From assembly GCF_009914755.1 (NCBI RefSeq), contig NC_060932.1: 64,000 nt of DNA; one strand, written 5' to 3'. The stretch is from the human T2T-CHM13v2.0 reference genome, Homo sapiens. This document shows positions 51,426-64,000 of this stretch, piece after piece (within the stretch, counting starts at the first letter, position 1; the number at the start of each line of letters is the position of its first letter). The translations under genes were made by a program, and so were the position numbers. The notes beneath the pieces were generated by a model, which was not told where the DNA came from, did not search any database, and was given only the letters and a program-made list of their open reading frames with translations.

Positions 51426-53117
51426 GGGAGAAAATTGAGTTAGAACCAAGCCGTGTTTAGATTAAGGCTGACCCAGGGTCAAGTTGTCCAGGGCAGCAGA
51501 AGTGCAAGTGTTTTGCCCTGGGGAGACTTGGTTGGACTGTGTACAAAGATGAACTTTGGAACTAACGGCCGTAGTGCTAGCCTTGAGTTTGAGGACAGGG
51601 CTGCTGAGATGTCTTTGGGTACAAGAAGATCTGATCATTAATATTTTCTAGATTATTTTGCAGTGATAATGATCAGGCTCTCTAGTTTACATATCAAATT
51701 AATATAGAAGTAAAACTGTACTTTATTCACTACTAATTCTTTGCTAATATATTTAGAAAGAAAAACTTAGAGAATATATCTGCCTTCGAGACACATTTAG
51801 CAGTATGCATTCTAAGGCAGTTTTTTATACATGTACATGTAGCACGAATATTATTAGAAGATGCAGATGTGTAGCCTGGAAGATTTTCTGCCTGTGATTC
51901 CTGCTTTCAGCTTCCTGATCATAGATGACATATGGAATGCTCTGTGGGTCCCACAGGATGGACAAAGTTGGGCTCAGTTAGTACAGACTCATCAGCACAA
52001 CACACACAGAAGAAGGAAAATTGCATAAGCAGTGACCCCTTTCAACTAAAGGCAGCTCTAAGTCTGGTCTCCTTGTCTTTCAGAATGGCTTTTCTTGAGC
52101 TCTTGTCATTATCTGCTCTACCCCAGAGATCTTTCAAACTATCCGTGAACTTAAAGACAACCTTGATTACTGTGTGTTTTCTGTGAAGTCCAGAAATTAC
52201 CATGTCAGAAGAAATTAAGCCTGGGTGAAAAGAAACAGCGGTGTCTTATGGCAGATTTGTTTGCCACAATAGTTGCCCCTTCCCCACCCAGCCCAGGTCA
52301 GGTGGTTGCTGATGAAACCCTGTGGTAAATTTCTGTCTTAAGTTTACTTCACACCTTGATCGTAGGTGTCAATCTCAGTCTGTTCCCAGTCCTCGGTCAG
52401 TGTCACTTTTCTGATACCAGTAACAGCTTATCTTCTGAAAGCTGACAGCTCAATTAGTGCCAACCTCGAAATTAAAAGAAAATTTTTTGAAGCAGCTAGT
52501 CCTATTCAGGGTCAGATAGATTCTCTCAAAAGATTCATGTCCTCTGCACTGTGAAACATTATCAGAAATAGACTTTACATTTCAGAAATATAGTATGTTA
52601 GAGTCCCCTGTCCATTGTTCTTCTGGATGACTTCCTGTAACTTGAGCTATTAATGAAAACGTTTCTGTGAGGTTTCTCAAGGTGGTGTAGGTCAGAGTAA
52701 CCAACGCAAACTTAAGTTTTATAAATCACTAAAATCAAAGGTAACAAAAAACTGATGCAGAAGGTGCTCCCTAACCACAGGGTAGGCAGTCTGTTCAGAG
52801 CCCAAACACACCTTTTTTATAGATAGACTACATGTTGAATGATCATTAGATAAATGCATGACTAATAAAGCCATAGGCTTTTTTTTTTTTTAACAGAAAG
52901 GGAGCACTGGCCTTCGAGGTAACTTATAATGAAAACTGAGGCAAAGAGAGAAAGTGATGATTCCTTAGTGATTCTCTGTGTCCTGGTGGTGCAGGTCCAG
53001 ACCATATTACCTCACTCCAAGCCCATGGTGATTGCCAGCAGACATCACCTTTCTTTCTCCCTTTCTAAAACATTCTCTTCCTTTCTTCTTGAGATATTTA
53101 ACCTAGGGACCAGTAAT

Positions 53118-53422
53118 TTATTTTTTTCTTTTTTTTGAAACATGGTCTTGCTCTGTTGCCTAGGCTGGAGTGCAGTGGAGCAATCATGGCTTACTGCAGC
53201 CTCAACCTCCTGGGCTCGAGCAGTCCTTCCACCTCAGCCTCCAAGTAGTTGGAACCACAGGCACGTGCCACCATACCCAGCTAATTTTTTTTTTTTTTTT
53301 TTGGTAGAGATAGGGTCTCACTCTGTTGCCCAGGCTGATCTCAAACTTGTAACCTCAAGCAATCCTCCTGCCTTGGCTTTCCAAAGTACTAGGACTACAG
53401 GCGTGAGCCACCATACCCGGCC
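53118..53422 (-). mobile_element. AluJ-like
   Basis: Diverged antisense Alu dimer. Confidence 0.88.
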
Positions 53423-53669
53423 AACTAATGTAATCTCTGTCCTTTAGAGATGCAAATTCTTTCTTGCCCTTCATTGCAGAAATATTTTAAAGTGGAGAGT
53501 TAGTCCTTTGCAAGAGGACAGAACGTGCTAAATAGTCGTGTCTTCAGACAAAAAGCTGGAGAAATTCACTGAGCTGAACTCAGAAGAAAAGCACATTTTC
53601 CTTTTTCCATACCTTGATGTTTTACTCCTCTTTTTGGTCTTTTGGCCTTTGCTTTATTCTCATGTTGTA

Positions 53670-55160
53670 TATTTATTCCTTCTTTCCACTAAGGGAAAAA
53701 AAAATCCACCATGCCCTGGACCAGGTCCTGGGCCTGCAGTGGTTAACAAAACCAGACATTGTCTCTGTGCTCCTGGAGCATAGTTCTAGTGGGAGATCCC
53801 ACACAAAATACTTTACAACAAATGCATTTATGATTACAAGTTGCAATAAGTACCCTGGTGAGAAAAAATAGGGCACAATGGAGAATGGACATAATTTAGT
53901 TTAGAGGGTTCAAAGATGGTGTTCTAAGGCAGTACTATTTAAGTTTAGGTGTTAGGTAAAGAGAAGATGAAAGAGAATTGCTCACAGAAGAGAGAATACC
54001 TTTGAAAAGCTCTTGGACAGGAGGGAGAAGCCAGCATGACCATGCTGCACAGGCCAGCAAGAGATCCCAGGCACGCAACCGGCCACAGCCTAGTGGACCA
54101 TGTGCAGGAGCTGCAGTGTTTGCTGTGGCTGCCCACTGACCAAGAATGAGGTTGCCCTGCTTGAAAGTCAGCTTTAGCTACCAGGGGTTTAGTAAGATGG
54201 GCACATGGGGCAGGGCCTAGTGAAAGCAGAGAGACGCAGGAAGCAGCTACTGCCGTAGTCCAGGTCAGAGAGGACTGGTGGGTTCCTGAGTCTCCTGTGG
54301 CTTTGCCAGAGCTAGAGAAAAGATCCGTGGTCTAGATGTGTGTGATGGCTTCATAATGGATTGGTTGGGGGAGGAGCAAAGTAGAAGGGAATGTTCAGAG
54401 AGTGAGCCTCAGCTTGAGTTATTTAGTTGAAGGATGTTCCCATTTGCTGAGATGAGAAAAACTATAGTGAGAGCAGGTCTGGAAGAAAGCTTGAGAATGC
54501 AGTCTAGGCCTACTAAGTTTGAGATTCCTATGAGACATCGAAGAAGAGATGTCCTGTGAGAAAGCTGGACGTACATACCTTACGCCCAGAGGGTTTTAGA
54601 TTGGACATGAATGTTTGGGAGCTCTCAGCCTATGTCTGGTCAGTATGTATCTTTGTATGTACATTCATTTTGTTTGCGGGTGTCAGCAGGTTATATTTGT
54701 TTATGGTGCCAAGCTCCAAAGGCACTAATGCGTGTGAGTGCAAGGCAGCAGTGTCCTGTCACAGCCAAGTCTACAGCCAGGGCTGTGGAGGAGGTCACTT
54801 TAGGGAAACAATAGAGACAAAGGAAAGAAGAAATGCAGGCATTGAACTCCAAGGTCCTCTTGCATTGGAAAGCAGGTAGAAGAGGAGCCCACTGAGGAGA
54901 CAGAGGAGGCTGGGCTGGTGAAGCCAAGAGGAAACCAGAGCTCGTGGCAAGCGCTCAGGATGGTGCTTCCATGTGGGAGGGGACCCATAGTACTGCAAAG
55001 TCTAATAAAGTGAGCACTGAAAATCTGTGCCCCAGATTTGGGAGGAGTTGCTGGGTCACTTCACGAGCAGGAGGTGTAGGGAGCAGTGAGCACAGAAGCT
55101 CACTTAGCAGAGTAGAGTGGGTGGGATGCCAGAGGAGAAGCAAGCTTGGATAACAAATGT
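53670..55160 (-). mobile_element. L2 relic
   Basis: Purine-rich + strand with L2-like motifs (gtagtccaggtcagag, ttcccatttgctgagatgag, taagtttgagattcctatgagacatc, gaagccaagagg). Confidence 0.6.
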
Positions 55161-55962
55161 TTTGTTGATGCATACGAGGATGACAATGTCCAAATTTACA
55201 TAGAACAAAAGAACTGCAATGAGGGCATTCTGTCTCTTGTTTCCTAATGTGTATGCAGGTACCATTTTTCTTTTAAATATGCATAGAGGCTGGTGGTTTA
55301 ATGGAAAGAACAAAAAGTCTGGAATCAGACTGGTGTGGGTTCACTGGTGACAGGACATTTAGCAGGGAGACTGGGGCAAATTGTGTTTCCTTGTCTGTGA
55401 AATTGGTATTATAATACTATAATGCAGACTGGTGGTGAGGACTGATTGGGATGATGTATGTGAAGTACTCAGCAGGATGCTTCCCATATGACAAGCACTC
55501 AGTAAAAAGCAGCTCACTCACTCTTTAACAGTAAGCATAGATGCTTAAAAAAAATAGTGGTAAAGAGCATTGCTACAATAATAGAAACCTGAACTAAGCA
55601 AAGACAAGCTATCGCATTACAAATCAGCACTCAGTGTTGGTACTGAGTCTGCCATCTGGCTGCTGAGGAAGCTTGCTTGAAGGTGATTTTTATTTCTATG
55701 CTTTTGGCCACCTCATTCCCCACCTCTACCCCTAGCACTCCCATCAACAAGGAGTTGATGCCCATTTACTTTGGAAAAGAAGCATTTGTGTAAATTTGTA
55801 TGTGAAGTGTGACCACTGCTGTCTAAATGATGGAGATACGGAAGTTCCTCTGGAATAAACATATTGCAGAAAACTGCCCTAATGCTGGGGCCAGTGTTGA
55901 ATGGTGCTGATACTGTGGTTGGAAATTTTTTTACTTTGTCCAGAGCATTAAACAAAGATCCC

Positions 55963-57424
<1,462 letters not shown>

Positions 57425-57659
57425 TTCTAGTAGTAGAAGTAGTCTTACTACTGCTTATTTTACTAATTGACATCCAGACCCTTTATATTCTTTGCCATTC
57501 TTCCTGTCCACATGCCAACTTACTGTAAGAATAAAGACATATCAGAACCCATGGAATTACAGTCTAGTGTTTATGGTTCTGTCATGTATACATAGTTCCA
57601 ATCTAGAAATTGGAACTTGACTCATGGGGACCTGAAGGAATCTATCTTATCTCTATCAC

Positions 57660-59150
<1,491 letters not shown>

Positions 59151-61141
59151 CCAACATTGTGGGTTGGACCCTCCTTGTAGTTAGAGATTATGTTTAGTAC
59201 TAGTAGTAGTCTTTATATTTTATTTAAATGTATATCTTATTTTTGGCATTTGTTACAGTTTGCACTGTTACGTCTTTGTGTGCATAGCATTTCTTCCTTT
59301 GTAGGTGGCAGAAAATGGATCCATTTCTCCACCCTTTGTCTCTTTTAGCTTTTATCATTTTATTGATCTAGTGTTTGGTTACAGCTATCTGATTGAAAAA
59401 GTAATAGTTTCAGAGTAGAGTTAGAGGTGTAAATAATATGAAAGTAATATGTACACGCTCTTTAAACACTTGATAATACCAACCTGTATCATTTGACCCA
59501 TGTTATCATTTATAGCTATACACATTGAATAACTTTCTTGGTGAACTTACGGATAATATGAAAACTGCTGTGAAAGTTTTCATGCTCTTTTTTCCTATAT
59601 ATTAAACCAGTGATAGACTTAAAGGGAAAAGTGAAATGGAATGGCAACAGCCTGGGGATGTGAGTACAGACAATTATGAAGTTTTGGTAATAGAATGAAA
59701 ACAGCAAGAGTAATTTTCCAGATTATGCTATGTGTAACCACCATTCTAAGTTTGCGTCTTAACCTGGCCATGGTGATTTTCCAGCACCTGTCATCCATGA
59801 AGATCAAGAAGGATTTCAAGGTGGCCCTATATAAAAGCCATGGAATTTTTTCCTCCCTGTTTCTGACCTCCTTTCTCTGGAAACTTTTGTTCCTAAAAGA
59901 GACTGGAGACCTGGAACAGTCTCCCTACTCTTCCCACCGTACCCCCACCCCATTCCTGCAGCTGCAATCTGGAGCAGCACTGTGATCACACTAGATCACA
60001 CTTTCCTGTGAGTCAGACTGCAGCTCTGGAATGTGCTTTGCTGAGATGACGGCACAGAGAAGAGCCATGGGAGACAGAGCACACAGCCTGGCAGAGTCTT
60101 CAGGGGTGGCCAGATGCAAGCACACAGTGCCACGTGCCTCTGTGGGCATGAAGCAGAGAAAGGATGAGATCAAGCCTGACCCAACTTGACTTCCTCCTCT
60201 AGCTGAGCCACCGCACCTTGCTGCCCCTCTCCTCCCCTTTTGCCTCTGTCAAATGACCTACTCTGCCCTCTCTCCCAGCTGCTGCTAGACCCAGAGCACT
60301 TGGTGCAGCCAGCTGGCGGGTTTGGTAGGCTCACCCTTGTTGTGCTGATTTCTTGGCTCCACAGTTCTCAATGGCTTGAGCCAGCTCAGCTCTTTCTCCA
60401 CAGGGAACTGGAGCAAAAATCCTGTAGAGCAATTCTTGGGTTGGACACCCCCTTCCCAGGAGAGAGGATTATACATGAACAGATGCCCTTGTTTCTTCCT
60501 CACTTGCTGCTCTGGCACTGGTATTATAAATGGTCTGAATTTTCACATTTATTTGCACAGATACAAAAGACAGTGACAGATGCTTGATTATATAGTGAGA
60601 CTAACAACCAGGTATTAAACATTGCACTGATACTTGTCATTGCCTTCAAAATAAGCTCTACGTGTTTTCTTTACTTCAGTTGTCTCATTTAACCATAAAT
60701 AAGTCCTCAGAGGTCAGGGGCTGTGACTCATCTGGTTTTGGTACTGGACCATGAATGCAGTAGACACCCAGCAAGTATGGGTTGATGGGAAACAGCAATG
60801 GCTGATTGAGCAGCTGAGAAGGTGGGGTGAGGTTGTGGCTCCCCTTCTCTTCTCAGGATGAACCAGTCCATGGAGTTGTGCTACAAATGTTGTTGTTTGT
60901 CTAAGGAGATTGATGAGAATGCCAGTGAGCTAGAAATTGCCAGGAATACTCTGCTTTGGGACAGAGGTGATGTCTAGTCTGTTCCAATCAGATAGAGGAT
61001 GAGACACTGGGAACCAAGGTCCCTGAAGAATATTCAGTCAGTGTAAACAAACAGGGAACAGCACAAGGAGGGACACTTAGGAAAGTGGCAAGGGAGGAAC
61101 AAGGGCAGCTCTTGGGTGAAGATGTTTATAAAGAAAATAGA

Positions 61142-61506
<365 letters not shown>

Positions 61507-62714
61507 TCAAGCAAAAATTAAGCAACCACAGGCAGATGATAGAAGAATTAAAATATGACATTTAACATTGAATGAAATAAAATTACCTGAGAGGAAGGAA
61601 CTCATCATTTGAATTAAACAAAAAAGGAGAACTGAGCCGTCAAGAGGTAGCTTGTGGGGAGAGACTCCTCAGGCCTCTGGTAGTTGTATGTCAAGGCAAC
61701 TGTGTGAGGCCTTCCACACGTACCTGGCCTGCCACCTGGTTTCCCATAAGCGCAAGACCACCCTTCCTTTCTTTGGTGTGGAATCTCAGTGCAGGTTGTC
61801 TACAGCTCCTAGAGGAGGGAACAAGAGAGGACTAGATTATATTTGCCTGCTATGGAGTGGGAAGAAGAGTGAAATAAATGTCAAAATCTTCTTGATGCCT
61901 CCCAATGAAATCAGACTTTTGGAAAACTTCAGAAGTGGCTTATTCAGCTTTGTACCTCGAGTCTTTGCACACAGGTAAGTTAAATAGAACGCTGACTACT
62001 CTGGAATCCCACAGACATTGAATGAGGAGAAGCTGAACATCTCTGAGGACCTATCTCCTCAAGAGCTATGGAAAAGTGGGAAACTGCAGTGACAGCAAGG
62101 ATACCAGGAAATCTTGTCTTTAAAATTTTTGAACGTAATTCTGGCTTGTACTCAGCTCATGGCTGCATCATTCTCTCTTCAGAAAAGGCTAGAACAAGAT
62201 TTCCTGAAATGATATATGTTCAAGAGCTACCACATATTTGGGAGAAAGTGTCATTCCTAATGGCAGACCATAAAAGCACTATCTGGTAATTTACTTTTAT
62301 GTTTCAGTTTTGAACTTCTTCCAGGTGCTTCCTAAATATTAATATCTGGTCTCTGTTTTATGTTTGGGTGGAAAGTTGGGGAGAGTATAGCCCAAGGAGC
62401 TGAGGAGCAACGATGAAGCCACATACCTGTGAGCACTGTGACTTTTAGGCCTTGTGGCAACTATGACTCATCTGTCACCTCTGCCTGGACAGAGTGTGCT
62501 CTGTTAATATTGTGGTAAAAACAACACTAAGTATGCCCATTTACTTATATGCATTTATATGTGTCCGCTTTATACACTACCTGGAAGCTTCCATAAGAAG
62601 AGACTGTTTCCAGTCACTGCCGCCACGGAGGAAATGGATGCTATGCGGCAGGCTCCCTGAATGCCTGCTAGAACCATGTGAATTGTATGTGTATGTATGC
62701 ATTAACTTATATTT

Positions 62715-63580
62715 ATTTGTTTATTTACTGATATAAAATTAACATAAAATTGGCCATTTTAAAGTATGTAATTCAGTGGTAGCACATTCACAATGCTGTA
62801 CTACCAACTCTATATCATTCCAAAACAGTTCAGTCACACCAAAGGAAATCCTGTACATATTAAGCAGTCCCTCCCCACTAACCCCTTCCCCAGCCCATTG
62901 CAACCACCAGTCTGCTTTCTGTTTCTGTGTATTTGTCTATTCTGAATATTTCATACAAATAGAATGATAACAGCATCTGACCTTTTGTGTCTGGCTTCTT
63001 AAACTTAGGATAATGTTTTCAAGGCTCATCCATGCTGTAGCATGTACCAGTATTTCATTTCTTTTTATGGCTGAATAATATTCTGTTGTATAGATATATC
63101 ACATCTTATGCATTTATCAGTTTATGGACATTTGTGTTGTTTTCACTTTTTGGCTATTATGAATAATGTTGCTACGAACATCTGCACAGAAGTTTTTCTG
63201 TGGACATCTGTTTTCATTTCTCTTGGTGTAGATATGCTTAGGAGTAAGTTACTGGGTCATATGGTAATTATGTGTTTAACTTTTTGAGGAACCACCCTAC
63301 TGTTTTCCACAGTGGCTACATCATTTTAAATTTTCACCAGTGGTGCAATTTCTCCACATCCTCGCCAGCACTTGCTATTTTCTTTTTGTAACAATAACCA
63401 TCCTAATGGGTGTGAAGTGGTATCTCACTGTGGCTTTTATTCACATCTCTCTAATGACTGATGATGAGCTTCTTTTCATGTGCTCATTGTCCATTTGCAT
63501 ATCTACTATGGAGAAATGATTTTTCAAGTCTTTTTTTAAAATTATATTGTATTTTTATTGTTGAGTTGTAAGAGTTTTCT
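62715..63580 (-). mobile_element. L1MB-type 3' end
   Basis: tggccattttaaag..taattcagtgg, ttttatggctgaataatattc, tttctccacatcctcgccagcact. Confidence 0.85.
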
Positions 63581-64000
63581 TATTTTATTTTATTTTATTT
63601 TAAGTTCCAGGTTACATGTGCAGGATGTGCAGCTTTGTTACATAGGTAAATGTGTGCCATGGTAGTTTGCTGCACCTATCAACCCATCACCTGGGTATTA
63701 AGCCCCACATGCATTAGCTATTTATCCTGAGGCTCTCCCTTTCCCCACTCCCTACCCCATACAGGCCCCAGTGTGTGTTGTTCCCTTCCCTGTGTCCATA
63801 AGTTCTCATTGTTCAGCTCCCCCTTGTAAGTGAGAACATGTAGCGTTTGGTTTTCTGTTCCTGTGATATTCTGCTGGGGATAACGGCTCCCAGCTCCATA
63901 TCCACGTCCCTGCAAAGGACAGGATCTCGTTCCTTCTTTTTTTTTTTATTTTTTAATTTTTTTAGATGGAGTCTCGCTGTGTTGCCAGGCTGGAGTGCAG
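63581..64000 (-). mobile_element. L1PA (older, about PA8-13) 3' end followed by the tail of an antisense Alu (from about 63936)
   Basis: taagttccaggttacatgtgcaggatgtgcag...cacctatcaacccatcacc; then tttagatggagtctcgct. Confidence 0.88.

Overview
This is primate, almost certainly human, genomic DNA inside the large introns of SPIDR (KIAA0146, a homologous-recombination scaffold), transcribed on the + strand. I recognise two coding exons from memory of the protein: 45535-45730 and 48670-48920, probably exons 9 and 10. The rest is mostly interspersed repeat: the 5' 4.6 kb of an antisense L1PA element (about L1PA4-6), several old L1M fragments, about 35 Alus, Tigger/MER DNA transposons, a MaLR solo LTR and MIR/L2 relics. 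There is also a TSD-flanked processed pseudogene of UBE2N (UBC13) on the minus strand. Nearly all ORFs in the supplied track are L1 or Alu debris or chance. I see no convincing new multi-gene system. The best leads are: (1) a non-Alu triple repeat forming a 70-bp hairpin at about 57.3 kb; (2) a candidate 180-nt open, frame-compatible cryptic exon at 61.8-62.0 kb; (3) an L1 antisense promoter/ORF0 whose splice donor is phase-matched to the next SPIDR exon; (4) a 447-nt two-exon module flanked by inverted Alus that would give a stop-free circle; (5) the UBE2N retrocopy. Repeat boundaries and subfamily names are by eye and approximate.
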